Part shown: positions 39,224-50,321 of the stretch, one piece after another | How the letters are laid out: each line of letters starts with the position of its first letter | How positions within the stretch are numbered: the stretch's first letter is position 1 | Source of the DNA: Candidatus Latescibacterota bacterium | GTDB taxonomy: Bacteria > Latescibacterota > UBA2968 > UBA8231 | Assembly (NCBI GenBank): GCA_965248265.1 | Contig: CBDFJF010000002.1 | Location: forward strand, 3,872,001-3,936,000 | DNA: 64,000 nucleotides | Direction of reading: 5' to 3' | Notes under the pieces: generated by a model | The model's input: the letters and a program-made list of their open reading frames with translations, nothing else | Database searches by the model: none | What the model was told of the DNA's origin: nothing | Position numbers and translations under genes: made by a program

Positions 39224-39895
39224 TCAATACGCAGCTTTCACTTGCCCCCAACTCCGCGCTGCCACCACAGTGACCGGGTTCAACCGACGATACACCGTCT
39301 CGAAGCCATCCTCGTCCATGAGGACGAGCGTGTCGCCGTCAAGGCTGAACTCGGTACCTTCTATGAAATTGAGGGTGGTCTCAAAGAACTCCTCCAGGTT
39401 GATCCGCACGTTGACATGGGGTCCCTGGCCTAGGCCAGGCAGTTCGACCACTTCCCGTTCCAGAGCCGCCCAGAAGTTCTCTTCGTTGAGCCCGCTGTAG
39501 CTTACACTGAAATCTGTTGCAGAGAGGCTGAATTGTGTGCCCGTGACCTCCCAGCGGCCAGTCATGACGAATCTCACACGGAACCCCTCTGTGAAGAAGG
39601 GCGTATCCGGCAGTTCGGCCAACTCCCCGTTCGCAAGAGACACAGAGACAAAATCCGGCCCAAAGTGTGCCTCGATCGTCAGCTCCGCTGTGCCATCCTC
39701 TTTGACGGCGAGCCGATTGGACCCGTCCCCTTCCGCTATCAGGTGTACCCACGTGCTAACCAGCCCATCTTGGGCATGCACAGCGGAGGAGGCAATGCAG
39801 ATCGCGGCGAAAAGCGCACCAAATGATGTCACGAGTGCAGCCCCAAACCCTCTACGATTGCATGATGTATCCCGTTTCACCGTAGCAGCGAGCAT
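39224..39895 (-). CDS. Secreted protein with C-terminal SWGQVK tail
   Basis: Signal peptide ..VHA-QD; ends TVVAARSWGQVKAAY. Confidence 0.75.
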   Translation of the reverse strand: MLAATVKRDTSCNRRGFGAALVTSFGALFAAICIASSAVHAQDGLVSTWVHLIAEGDGSNRLAVKEDGTAELTIEAHFGPDFVSVSLANGELAELPDTPFFTEGFRVRFVMTGRWEVTGTQFSLSATDFSVSYSGLNEENFWAALEREVVELPGLGQGPHVNVRINLEEFFETTLNFIEGTEFSLDGDTLVLMDEDGFETVYRRLNPVTVVAARSWGQVKAAY

Positions 39896-39899
39896 TTGA

Positions 39900-41168
39900 T
39901 CACCGACTGAACGAGGCTTTGATTCGGCCCCAGGTTTCACTTTCCGCCGCGGGTTCCAGTCTCTTACCCGCACAATCGCCTGACAACGGTTCGTCGATCC
40001 AGCGCGTGAGTCGCCACAGGCCGTCATCGCCCTGGCGCAGCTTGAAGTTCATGTTCTGGTCGACGCGGACGCCTTCGTCCGGGGCGGACAGCAGCAGTAT
40101 CTGCACGCGGCCGCGAAAGACCTCCCAGTCCTCGTCTGTATGGCCGTCGGGGTCCCCCTCGAAGGCGATGGGAAAATCCCGTCCCAGCTCGGTCCAGCGC
40201 TCGATCAGAACGAACTCGTACTCAATCGTTCTGAAAAAGTCGAAGAGGCCCTGGCGCGAGCCATCGCGCGGACTCATGATCTCGAGCTCCTCTTCCTTCC
40301 CGTTCGCGAACACGAGGTCGCCCAGGCAATCGCCCTCGGTGAACCAGAAGTCGTTATCGAGCAGGGTCTCGTAGAGCTCCTTGTCACGCTCGTTGAAGGC
40401 GCGCTCGAGATTGTCCATGGCAGTCTCTGAGGTGCTGGCTGGGCTCGGCTGAGACGCCACAACAAAATCCATTGTCGTGTCTTCTGTAATAAGAACGCCT
40501 GTTTGCTCGAACGGCTCGATGGATGGTCCGGTGATCGTAACCCGAAACCTGTGTGACTGGTCTTGCATTAATTTGGCGGCTATTCCAACAACGGTGGGAA
40601 GCCCAGGTTTGGGTGAGAGACCGACAGCCCCGTCAGTCAGGCTCATCTTGCGCGTGTCAACGAAGTGGCCTGAGATAAGCCTGTAGAAATACACCCCAGC
40701 AGCAACTCCACGTGCTGACTCATCGCGGGCGTCCCACTGTATTGAATGGTGGCCTGCATCCTGCCAATTATCAAGCAATGTGATCACACGATGTCCGAGA
40801 ATGTTGTAGATCTCTATTGTGGTATGACCGGCTGTTGCCAGACTGTAGGAGATAATCGTTGAGGGATTGAACGGGTTGGGATAGTTCTGGTTTAGGTTGG
40901 ACGAGGCTGGGGTCGGTTTGCTCTCGCTCTGTACGGCGGTGGCGATTCGTAGGTCAATCCGGTAGTGACCTTGTTCGTCAGTGACATCACTGAATCGCTC
41001 GTTTGGGCTGGCTTCATTTATGAAAGTTACTTCGACGCCTGTAACGTCCGAGCCGTCAGCACGGCTCACAGTGCCGGACACCTCCAAGCTCCACGAAGGT
41101 CCGCTCAGAAACAGGATGGCAAACAGACCGGTGAGAAGTCTCGCGCAAGCATTTTTTCGATGTCGCAT
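39900..41168 (-). CDS. Secreted protein with internal FlgD/T9SS-CTD-like Ig domain and TWGRIK tail
   Basis: QNYPNPFNPST..IYNILG..WDARD..GVYFY; ends SETWGRIKASFSR. Confidence 0.85.
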   Translation of the reverse strand: MRHRKNACARLLTGLFAILFLSGPSWSLEVSGTVSRADGSDVTGVEVTFINEASPNERFSDVTDEQGHYRIDLRIATAVQSESKPTPASSNLNQNYPNPFNPSTIISYSLATAGHTTIEIYNILGHRVITLLDNWQDAGHHSIQWDARDESARGVAAGVYFYRLISGHFVDTRKMSLTDGAVGLSPKPGLPTVVGIAAKLMQDQSHRFRVTITGPSIEPFEQTGVLITEDTTMDFVVASQPSPASTSETAMDNLERAFNERDKELYETLLDNDFWFTEGDCLGDLVFANGKEEELEIMSPRDGSRQGLFDFFRTIEYEFVLIERWTELGRDFPIAFEGDPDGHTDEDWEVFRGRVQILLLSAPDEGVRVDQNMNFKLRQGDDGLWRLTRWIDEPLSGDCAGKRLEPAAESETWGRIKASFSR

Positions 41169-41196
41169 TTGTCAGGCTATTACCTCCCTCGTGGTA

Positions 41197-41225
41197 TGTC
41201 CGTCGTTGTCTCAATCCGAGGCGCG
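41197..41225. repeat. 11-7-11 site
   Basis: TGTCCGTCGTT gtctcaa TCCGAGGCGCG. Confidence 0.65.
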
Positions 41226-41232
41226 TGATTCG

Positions 41233-41706
41233 CTAACCGTATTGCTGTCGCAGAACCCCCGCCCACACAAGGTGGACCATCGACAGCGCCAGGGCTGCAG
41301 TACCAAGAGCGGTGGGTTTTTGCGTCAGGATTCTGATCGCTGAGACGTACCGGCCATCCGTGTCGATGCCAGCTTGCGCGGCCAGACGAACAACATCTCC
41401 CAACACGAGTAAAATGAGCAATCCGGAAACTGCGGCCGATGTCGCCATTTGCAGGTACATGTAAAGTTGCTGCACCTCACCGAGAGTCAACCCCCACAAC
41501 AATGGCGGAACGGCTATGGCAGCCATCGTGCCGTTGTTTATCCAGCCTGCGACCAGATTCGTGGCCGTGCTCAAACCCACGCCGATACAGACCCAAATAA
41601 TGCTCGTCCATTGCAGGTGGCGTTTTGTCCAGACAGCCGCTCCGATGAGCAGGACGCCAATCGCGAGCCAGATCGCCAGATTTACGGAACCCAGAGCTAT
41701 GATCAC
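41233..41706 (-). CDS. Membrane protein
   Basis: Four hydrophobic helices; G-rich RBS. Confidence 0.7.
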   Translation of the reverse strand: MIIALGSVNLAIWLAIGVLLIGAAVWTKRHLQWTSIIWVCIGVGLSTATNLVAGWINNGTMAAIAVPPLLWGLTLGEVQQLYMYLQMATSAAVSGLLILLVLGDVVRLAAQAGIDTDGRYVSAIRILTQKPTALGTAALALSMVHLVWAGVLRQQYG

Positions 41707-41735
41707 GTTCCACCCCCTGTTACTTTGAAGCCTGA

Positions 41736-41764
41736 CGACCCGCGGAGTCCTGATCCGATGGTCA
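41736..41764. repeat. 11-7-11 site (direct repeat with 45552)
   Basis: CGACCCGCGGA gtcctga TCCGATGGTCA. Confidence 0.85.
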
Positions 41765-41773
41765 CTCGGCTCA

Positions 41774-44700
41774 CTATCTCAACACGACCATCTTCTGAGA
41801 GACAGCCGCCCTGCCAGCGACGAGCACTCCCACGTAGACGCCCGAAGCCACCGACTGGCCGTCCGCGTTCCTGCCGTCCCAGATAGCGGCTTGCAGGGGT
41901 GCCGCGTAAAGGCCGGGCTCGCGGTCGCCGACATCGAGCTCCCTGACCAGCTGACCGAGGGTATCGTAGATCTTAATTTTAACCGAACTCTGTCTGAACA
42001 CGCGGAACGGCAGGTGCGTTCCCTGGTTGAACGGATTGGGGTAAATCGGCAGCAGCACGGCGTCCTTCGGTGTCACCGTCGTCAGTCCATCAGCGGAGCT
42101 CTCGTCCCATACTTGCCAGAATTGCAGCGTGCCGTTCCACGTTCCCGTCGTGAGTTGAGTTCCGTCCGGACTGAATGCGATCGCTCGTATGCCGCCGGCA
42201 TTCGTCAGTTTGACCACTGAGCTGAGGGAGGTATCGATCCTGCGCAGATAGATCGTCCCGTCAAGGCTCGCGGTTGCCAGGCCTAGTCCATCGGGAGTGA
42301 ACGCCGCTGCCTCGATCCAGTCGTCGTGTTCGCTGAGGACCTGACGAAGCGCTAAATAGATTCCTCCTCCAGTGCGAAGTCGCGCCGTCCTGTCGCGGCC
42401 CGCCGAAACGAATCTCGACCCGTCCGCATTGAAGGCGACGGACGCCACCTCGCCGCGGTGACTCTTCAGCACGGCGAGCAACGTGTGATCCGTCGTCTCC
42501 CACATCGCAACTGAGCCGTCACTGCTGCCGGCAGCCAGAACATTGCCGCCGACCGGGTCCATGGCCAGCGACATGACCGGCTGAGGTTCATCTCGCCTCA
42601 GTGTCGCCAGCTTCTGTCGCTCGTTCACATCCCACAGATCCAGACTACCGTCGAGACCTGCGGAGACGAGCGTCGGCCGCACAGAGCTGAAGACGAGGCC
42701 AGATATCCCCTCGCTTTCGTGCCCCTGAAACTCAGCAATCTGTTCGCGCGACCTCGCGTCCCACAGGCGAACCGTTCCGGCCGCATCCCCCGAAGCGAGG
42801 AACGGATCATTCGGGCTGAACGCCACCGCTGTCACCTCGTCCTCATGGCCGTTCAACACAGCCGTTCTCCGCAGTGAGACCGGATCGTACAGCTCGATGC
42901 TTGTGCCAGTAGCCACTGCCAGCTGGGCTCCCTTCGGGGAATACGCCAGATCGGCGACCGGCGCGGAGACAATGAGCTCAACGACCCCGCCGGGCAACGG
43001 TCCGGCTTGTCCACCTCCCATGTTCACGAGGTGCAGTGGCGTCTCGGTCACGTTCCCCGCCCCATCTGTCGCAATACCTTTGAGGAGATAGGTTTCCTCG
43101 GTGGCGTCTCGCCAGATCGCCTCGTACCGACCGGCCTTTTTCGCCAGAGCTATAGTCGCAATCTGAGTCGTGTCCCCGACGCTGTAGATTACACCCGTCG
43201 CCTCGAGCGGTCCCGCGTTCGTAACCCGACTCTCGGGCAGTACGATCGACAGCCCATCTGGCACACTCTGGGTCAGGAATGGCAGTACGCGCGGCGGCGT
43301 GCGGTCGCCACCTGCGGCCACCTCCAACTGCAGGGTATCGATGGATGTTTCATACCCGCTGTCGAAGTCGATCTCGAACTCCAGGACGGTGCCGGGGATC
43401 AAGTCGGATGCCAGCAGAAATTCCGGTGAACGAATCGCCCCGGCCCCGAGTGCATCGTCCTCGTCGAAACCGGAAAACGGGAACGGCACCGGCATCGCCT
43501 CCTCCTGCAGACTTCGAATCCTCACGGATGTGGCGTCCACCATCTCCGCTCGTCCTTCCACCTCCACGGCCAACCTGATGAACTCGCCGGCTTGCACCAA
43601 TCCGTCGCCGTTCCCGGCACTGTCCACGACGGCAATACGGGTGATTCGCGGGGGCTCCGAGGAGACCACTTCGAGGGGGAACTGCTCCATCCACAGCAGC
43701 TCTCGGCTTTTATCCCGGGGGTACACCGACAAATTCACCCGAAACGCGTGGATACCTACGAATCCTGGCTTCACCTCGAGTATGGGTATGCCGTTCGTCG
43801 ACTTCGATTCCGCGGCGTCATAGAACCGCATGCCGGCTTGGAGCTCGCCCTCAAAATCGTTCCAGCTGTTCGGAATTCGCTGCTCTGGTGTCCCCGCGTG
43901 AAAATCCACCACCGGATCTGTGATGGTGATCAGCGTGTCCTCACTTGTCACTTCCATTTGGAGCCACGGTGTAAGATTCGGCCAGGACGCGAGTCTGAAT
44001 TCGATCTGGGCGGTTTCTCCCACCACCAGAACACCGTCGCCGTTTTCGTCCCGGATCCGCACATCCATCTTCACGAGCGGCTCGATCTCGACCTGTGCCG
44101 TGGCGACACCACCCGCTTCGAACGCAATATCCTCGATGCGAACTCTCCACCAGCCGTCATTGCTGGCGGAGCTTGGATTGCTTTCGGGGGTGAAGGAGCG
44201 AAACCGATCGCCGTCGAACGGGTCCGTGTCGTCTCCGAGATTGCCGGCGTGATCTCGGGTGTACCTTTCGTCATGGGCCCAGAAGTCGAGGTTGTCCTTC
44301 CCAGTTTCGGGATTGGCCTCCGTTCCCTTCGGAAACCCGGACGAGCGCCACTTGCCGTCGGCGCATTCCAGATCAACCCGCTGCGCTCCGCGCCTCCTCG
44401 GATCGAAGTGCCAGATCAGCAGGCCCTCGGCAGGCATGTTGCGGTCGTAGTGCGCGCTGGACCGCTGGCGATTCGAGATGAGAAATCGCTCGTTATTCGG
44501 AAGCAGGATCTCGTAGATCTCACCACTCTCTTCCACCGGCGGCAGTCGCATGCTGCTGAGCCGCTGGGTTGGCCGCCGCCGCTCCAGCCATCCGAGTTGA
44601 CTTCGACTCCAGGCGCTGAACGGGTTTGGACCGTCTGCGCCACTCCAGCCAAGGGCGCCCCACCCCATCAGACCCCAGGCGCCGATGCCGGCAGAATCCT

Positions 44701-45520
44701 CAGCGGGTTCCAGGGGGACCTCACTGCGTAGGTACCCGACGTTGCGCAGGTCCGGCAACCCCAGGATGTGACCGTATTCATGGCTGATCGTTGCGGCGAG
44801 CACAGCATAGGATCGGCCGGCCTGAATCGTACCGTGTAGCACCTCGATCGGCTCACCCGATGCCCTTCGATCGGCCGTGACGAACGTCGGCTCGAGCCCG
44901 AGACTAGCCACTCCGGTGGCCGGTCCGAACAGGAAGTTCCGCGGCGCAGAACGCACAGCTATGAACACGACATCGACGAAGCCGTCGTCGTCGCCGGAGT
45001 CCGGCAAGCCGTCGGGACCATCGTTGTCGAATCGCGAGAAATCGACGTCCCGATCCGCCTTGCGAAGGATCTCCGACGCGAACACTCCGAAGTGGCCGCG
45101 CTCCGACGATGAATCGGAAAGGTATGCTGAGACTTCACTGTCGGATTCGTACCAGGTTGGTACCACCTCGCCGCGCAATGTGTGCACTCCAAACGACATC
45201 GTGTCGTAGAAGTGACTGACGCTGCCAGGTCGATCGGGATCGAAGAGGTCATCCGCCCAGTCGGGGATTGCCGTATCGGCAGGCAGTTCGTCCTTGAAAT
45301 GAGCGAAAAGAACAATCCCCGTACGAGTGGTAGCGACCTGAGCTTGAGTGGGCTTCGCTGGCCCATGGAGCTTCAGTGTAGCTGCATCCGTGGCCACATG
45401 GCCAACGCACACAAACTCATCGCCAGCCCAGACGTTCGTCGTGAGCACGGTACATAGCGGGATCAAGGCCTTGAGTGTAGCAGTTTTAGGCGATGGCAGC
45501 ACTCTGATTTCCTTCACCAA
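41774..45520 (-). CDS. M6 (immune inhibitor A-like) metalloprotease + WD40 repeats + FlgD-like CTD
   Basis: HEYGHILGLPD, WGLM Met-turn, GLLIWH; GH..WD repeats; YPNPFN..WDGRN..SGVY. Confidence 0.9.
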   Translation of the reverse strand: MVKEIRVLPSPKTATLKALIPLCTVLTTNVWAGDEFVCVGHVATDAATLKLHGPAKPTQAQVATTRTGIVLFAHFKDELPADTAIPDWADDLFDPDRPGSVSHFYDTMSFGVHTLRGEVVPTWYESDSEVSAYLSDSSSERGHFGVFASEILRKADRDVDFSRFDNDGPDGLPDSGDDDGFVDVVFIAVRSAPRNFLFGPATGVASLGLEPTFVTADRRASGEPIEVLHGTIQAGRSYAVLAATISHEYGHILGLPDLRNVGYLRSEVPLEPAEDSAGIGAWGLMGWGALGWSGADGPNPFSAWSRSQLGWLERRRPTQRLSSMRLPPVEESGEIYEILLPNNERFLISNRQRSSAHYDRNMPAEGLLIWHFDPRRRGAQRVDLECADGKWRSSGFPKGTEANPETGKDNLDFWAHDERYTRDHAGNLGDDTDPFDGDRFRSFTPESNPSSASNDGWWRVRIEDIAFEAGGVATAQVEIEPLVKMDVRIRDENGDGVLVVGETAQIEFRLASWPNLTPWLQMEVTSEDTLITITDPVVDFHAGTPEQRIPNSWNDFEGELQAGMRFYDAAESKSTNGIPILEVKPGFVGIHAFRVNLSVYPRDKSRELLWMEQFPLEVVSSEPPRITRIAVVDSAGNGDGLVQAGEFIRLAVEVEGRAEMVDATSVRIRSLQEEAMPVPFPFSGFDEDDALGAGAIRSPEFLLASDLIPGTVLEFEIDFDSGYETSIDTLQLEVAAGGDRTPPRVLPFLTQSVPDGLSIVLPESRVTNAGPLEATGVIYSVGDTTQIATIALAKKAGRYEAIWRDATEETYLLKGIATDGAGNVTETPLHLVNMGGGQAGPLPGGVVELIVSAPVADLAYSPKGAQLAVATGTSIELYDPVSLRRTAVLNGHEDEVTAVAFSPNDPFLASGDAAGTVRLWDARSREQIAEFQGHESEGISGLVFSSVRPTLVSAGLDGSLDLWDVNERQKLATLRRDEPQPVMSLAMDPVGGNVLAAGSSDGSVAMWETTDHTLLAVLKSHRGEVASVAFNADGSRFVSAGRDRTARLRTGGGIYLALRQVLSEHDDWIEAAAFTPDGLGLATASLDGTIYLRRIDTSLSSVVKLTNAGGIRAIAFSPDGTQLTTGTWNGTLQFWQVWDESSADGLTTVTPKDAVLLPIYPNPFNQGTHLPFRVFRQSSVKIKIYDTLGQLVRELDVGDREPGLYAAPLQAAIWDGRNADGQSVASGVYVGVLVAGRAAVSQKMVVLR

Positions 45521-45551
45521 TGTTTCATTGCAAATGCATGCCTTCGTCCAA

Positions 45552-45580
45552 TGACCCTCGCAGTCCTGATCCGATGGTCA
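45552..45580. repeat. 11-7-11 site containing the original phosphotransferase stop codon
   Basis: TGACCCTCGCA gtcctga TCCGATGGTCA. Confidence 0.85.
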
Positions 45581-45642
45581 CCTGTTTCGTCGAGCTCGCT
45601 CAAGGTAGTATTTGAATCGCCCCGGGTTTTTCGGAGACTCGG

Positions 45643-46874
<1,232 letters not shown>

Positions 46875-46887
46875 GACTCCAATCCTC

Positions 46888-47856
46888 TCAAGAAATGGAG
46901 CCTCCGGCAACCCCGGGGCGATTCAATTCGTACTTCGCCTGCGTACTCTGGCTCCATTCACGAGTCACGACAGACAGGCGACGTCGGCTTTCCTGCTTTC
47001 CCTCAAGGACCTCCGCTATTCGCACCAGCCAACCCGCGATAGAAATAGACAAACAAGCGCGTATGCGATTCTCGACATCAGGGATATCAGTAACACTCGC
47101 GTAGCTCGATATGACCCACTCCCAGCGTGACTCCGATACATCCATGTAGGTAGCGTGTGTCATCATCTCGGCGATATCGAAGGCAGGATCGCCCCAACCG
47201 CTGTATTCCCAGTCTACTGACCTGATTGACCCATCGTGCCGGATGAAGTTACGTACGTTGTGATCAGCGCGGCAGAGGCCGGCGGGCACACGAGGACATC
47301 CGCCAAAGTTCAGTTCGGCAAGATTCCCAGTGACGTCAAGAACAGGCGTCGGTAGCCGCTTCTCCTGAGCAATTGCGTGTAATCTGCTCGCCTCTCGTGC
47401 GTATTCCTCTGCACCATTCGCATTGTTGTAGCACCCAAGAAGATCGACCGTGGCATGGCGGAGCGCATGGACTGTAGCCAGATACTCAAGCAGATCGGAC
47501 CATTCCTGGTCCTCGCGGGGTGCCGTCTGGATCATGTCGCCGGGCAGCCAAGTCTGGACGACTACCGGTTGCGGGTAGCTGTCCGTGTCCAACAGAATAG
47601 GCTCCGGTGCCAATGCACCACCTGCCTCTTTCAAGGCACAGAGGGCCCCATATTCACGGTTAGCGCGGTCTCGCTCATCACGAATCGTGAACTTGATGGC
47701 GAAATCACCGGAATCGCCACATGCCCTGAATAGCAGATTGTTTGCCCCGCCCGTAACCTGCCCTATATGCCAACCGTGCCAGATCTCTTCGGGACGATCA
47801 CTACCCGCGAGGTAGTCCAACAAGGCTCGAAGCTGTTGTTCGTACACTGCGCTCAT
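46888..47856 (-). CDS. Aminoglycoside/choline-kinase-like phosphotransferase; last 10 codons displaced by IS3
   Basis: GGANN, AIK, D(H)[19 protein letters not shown]; removing the IS restores KYEYYLERARRNR-stop at 45578. Confidence 0.85.
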   Translation of the reverse strand: MSAVYEQQLRALLDYLAGSDRPEEIWHGWHIGQVTGGANNLLFRACGDSGDFAIKFTIRDERDRANREYGALCALKEAGGALAPEPILLDTDSYPQPVVVQTWLPGDMIQTAPREDQEWSDLLEYLATVHALRHATVDLLGCYNNANGAEEYAREASRLHAIAQEKRLPTPVLDVTGNLAELNFGGCPRVPAGLCRADHNVRNFIRHDGSIRSVDWEYSGWGDPAFDIAEMMTHATYMDVSESRWEWVISSYASVTDIPDVENRIRACLSISIAGWLVRIAEVLEGKQESRRRLSVVTREWSQSTQAKYELNRPGVAGGSIS

Positions 47857-48010
47857 CCTCAGCTGCCGTCGGTTGGAGTTGCTCTGCCAGGCTACTCTCT
47901 GACATTACTTTACGCAATTGGCCACAGCCAGCACTCCGTATTTCCACGAATATTCTTGTTATCCAGAACACAGTATATTGGTGGCTTGACCGTCTCAACG
48001 AGTGGTTTGC

Positions 48011-48187
48011 ATGCAGAAAATCAACCGTGAACACATCGAGAGAGCCGCCAGGCTCTATAATTCGAACAAGGAAGCTAGCGATGCTCTCGGGATCCACGTG
48101 AGTTCATTTGGGCGGGCCTGCCGGAACTACGGCATAGAAACGCCTGCTGCGAAGAAGCTCAGACAGAGAAGCCGGGCGTCGTTGTAG
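48011..48187 (+). CDS. Small HTH protein
   Basis: SNKEASDALGIHVSSFGRACRNYGI. Confidence 0.7.
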   Translation: MQKINREHIERAARLYNSNKEASDALGIHVSSFGRACRNYGIETPAAKKLRQRSRASL

Positions 48188-48201
48188 CAGTCTGCAGGTC
48201 A
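48173..48201. repeat. 11-7-11 site with the HTH gene stop codon in its spacer
   Basis: CGGGCGTCGTT gTAGcag TCTGCAGGTCA; the right arm is the exact reverse complement of the 39179 left arm. Confidence 0.75.
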
Positions 48202-48369
48202 AGGGGATTTGCTCCCAATCCCCACAATCGAGGGGCGTTTTTTAGAGCCAGGGGTCGGCTCAGATTATCGGCGAAAACTCACAGCGTTTGCCGGACAGGA
48301 GAAACGAGCTAAAAGCTCGCAGAACAGTCGTGAAAGCCGCCAGGGGCCATGCCTGTCTGGGTGCGTCAA

Positions 48370-48585
48370 ACGTCGGCTCCTCTTGAGCCGGGCACGCCGA
48401 TTCCCAGCAAGATCTTTTCGAGTTCAGCGAGGGATCGTATTTTCGTAGTCCGACACGATTCCCGAGTCGTTCGCTTTGCCGTCACGATTGAGCCACACCG
48501 AGGTCGCACCGACTCCGTTTGCACCAGCCACGTCGGTATGCAATGAGTCACCCACTCCGTGCACACAATTGTGTATTCTCTGGAC
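48370..48585 (-). pseudogene. HAD-family hydrolase C-terminal fragment
   Basis: VGDSLHTDVAGANGVGATSVWLNR..IRSLAEL across frameshifts. Confidence 0.7.
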
Positions 48586-48591
48586 CAATAA

Positions 48592-48674
48592 CGTGATGCA
48601 GATTCGGGGCACGAATCAGCACTGTAGTGCGGCCGAGACCAGTGCTGTAATACAGATTCAGGTACGGAATCCGC
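48592..48674. repeat. Two diverged 11-7-11 sites within an imperfect tandem repeat of about 54 bp
   Basis: CGTGATGCAGA ttcgggg CACGAATCAGC and TGTAATACAGA ttcaggt ACGGAATCCGC. Confidence 0.45.
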
Positions 48675-48786
48675 ACGATAGGCAAACTTTACGCCTGAGG
48701 CGTCACAGCCCTTCCGCCGCCACCGACGACGCGCCTCGAGGTGCAAATGACAGCGCGATCCAAGGCCACACCATGACCCAAATCGG

Positions 48787-49821
48787 GTGATCAGGATGGA
48801 TGTCAGAGACGGCTTCATCGAGACCATCGGCAATACCCCGCTCATCAGACTTCGTCGGGTCTCGGAGCAGTCCGGCTGCGACATTCTGGCCAAGGCCGAG
48901 TCCCTCAATCCCGGCGGGTCGGTCAAGGATCGTGCTGCCTGGGCGATCGTCAAGGATGCCGAGACCAAGGGCCAGCTTCGCCCCGGAGGCATGATCGTCG
49001 AGGGCACGGCGGGCAACACAGGCATTGGCTTGGCGCTGGTAGCCCGCGCCCGCGGTTATCGCGTCACCATCGTGATTCCCGAGACCCAGTCGGCGGAAAA
49101 AAAAGACATGCTTCGGCTGTGCGGCGCCGATGTTCGCGAGGTTCCCGAAGCGCCCTACAGAAGTCCGGAGAACTACGTACACTTCTCTCGCCGGCTGGCA
49201 GACGAGTTGGCGAAGAGCGAGCCGAACGGTGCGCTGTGGGCCAATCAGTTCGACAACACCGCAAACCGGCAGGGGCACTTCGAAACCACCGGACAGGAGA
49301 TCTGGCGACAGACAGATGGCAAGGTGGACGGTTTCATCTGTGCAGTCGGCAGCGGAGGTACCCTGGGCGGGGTGTCCCTGGCGCTGAAGGAACACAACAG
49401 GAACATTTCAATCGGCCTGGCAGACCCGATGGGGGCCGCGTTGTACAGCTACTATTCGAAGGGCGATCTCAAGTCCGAAGGCGACTCGATCAGCGAAGGC
49501 ATCGGCCAGGGCCGGGTCACGGCCAACCTCGAGGACGTCGTGATCGACCGACCCTACCAGATCAGCGATGCGGAGGCGCTTCCCCAGGTCTTCGACTTGC
49601 TGGAACACGAGGGGTTCTGCGTTGGCCTGTCGAGCGGCATCAACGTTGCCGGCGCGCTCAGACTGGCAAAGGACCTCGGCCCCGGAAAGGTGATCGTAAC
49701 CGTGCTCTGCGACTCCGGCACTCGTTATCAGAGCACACTCTTCAACCCGGCGTTTTTACGCGAAGCAGGATTGCCGCATCCGCCTTGGCTGGAGAGATCC
49801 TCCCCCCTTGGGCTGATCTAG
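48787..49821 (+). CDS. cysK: Cysteine synthase A family PLP enzyme
   Basis: IGNTPL, NPGGSVKDR, TAGNTG, GSGGT, EGIG, SSG, LCDSG.RY. Confidence 0.92.
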   Translation: MIRMDVRDGFIETIGNTPLIRLRRVSEQSGCDILAKAESLNPGGSVKDRAAWAIVKDAETKGQLRPGGMIVEGTAGNTGIGLALVARARGYRVTIVIPETQSAEKKDMLRLCGADVREVPEAPYRSPENYVHFSRRLADELAKSEPNGALWANQFDNTANRQGHFETTGQEIWRQTDGKVDGFICAVGSGGTLGGVSLALKEHNRNISIGLADPMGAALYSYYSKGDLKSEGDSISEGIGQGRVTANLEDVVIDRPYQISDAEALPQVFDLLEHEGFCVGLSSGINVAGALRLAKDLGPGKVIVTVLCDSGTRYQSTLFNPAFLREAGLPHPPWLERSSPLGLI

Positions 49822-49956
49822 CATGCGAGATGCTCAGGGCGCCGTTGCGACTAACTCAGTGTCATGGGTCGTTCCTACGCCGCCATTCTCTACCCTTACA
49901 GTTGGCGCGAGTCAGGATTCATTTTCATTTAGAGCCGGAAAGGATTCGAGGCACAC

Positions 49957-49985
49957 CGGGAATCAGATTGGAAGTCCGATGCTCG
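49957..49985. repeat. 11-7-11 site
   Basis: CGGGAATCAGA ttggaag TCCGATGCTCG. Confidence 0.75.
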
Positions 49986-50321
49986 GAGGGTCAGTCTTGC
50001 CATAGAGGCCACGACCACATGACGCGGACGAACGACACAATCTAACCCCAGCCGCTACTCTACTGCACCGGCTTGGCGCCTTTTCGCCAACGGATTGGGG
50101 GTCCGTTGTCCTCTCAAATTTGCCAATCTGTCCAGGAAACAGACGAACAGCCTCCATCTGTCCTGAAAGCTGGACTCAGGCCAATTTGAGCCGCTTCTCA
50201 GGTGATCCTCTCTGCCTCAATCCCCACAGCTACAATGAGTTAGCGCCGCCTGACGCCCGTGAGAGCGTTCTTGGCACATCCCTTGCAATGGTGTATGGTA
50301 GTGACCTCGGACAACTATGCC

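Noticed and set aside
43592-44731. Long antisense or alternative-frame ORFs (also 49119-50045, 37813-38637, 27986-28774)
   Set aside because: Shadows of real genes in GC-rich DNA with no recognisable motifs
50040-50111. attC-like ATCTAAC..GTTGTCC
   Set aside because: L-box spacing and pairing are poor; at best a decayed site
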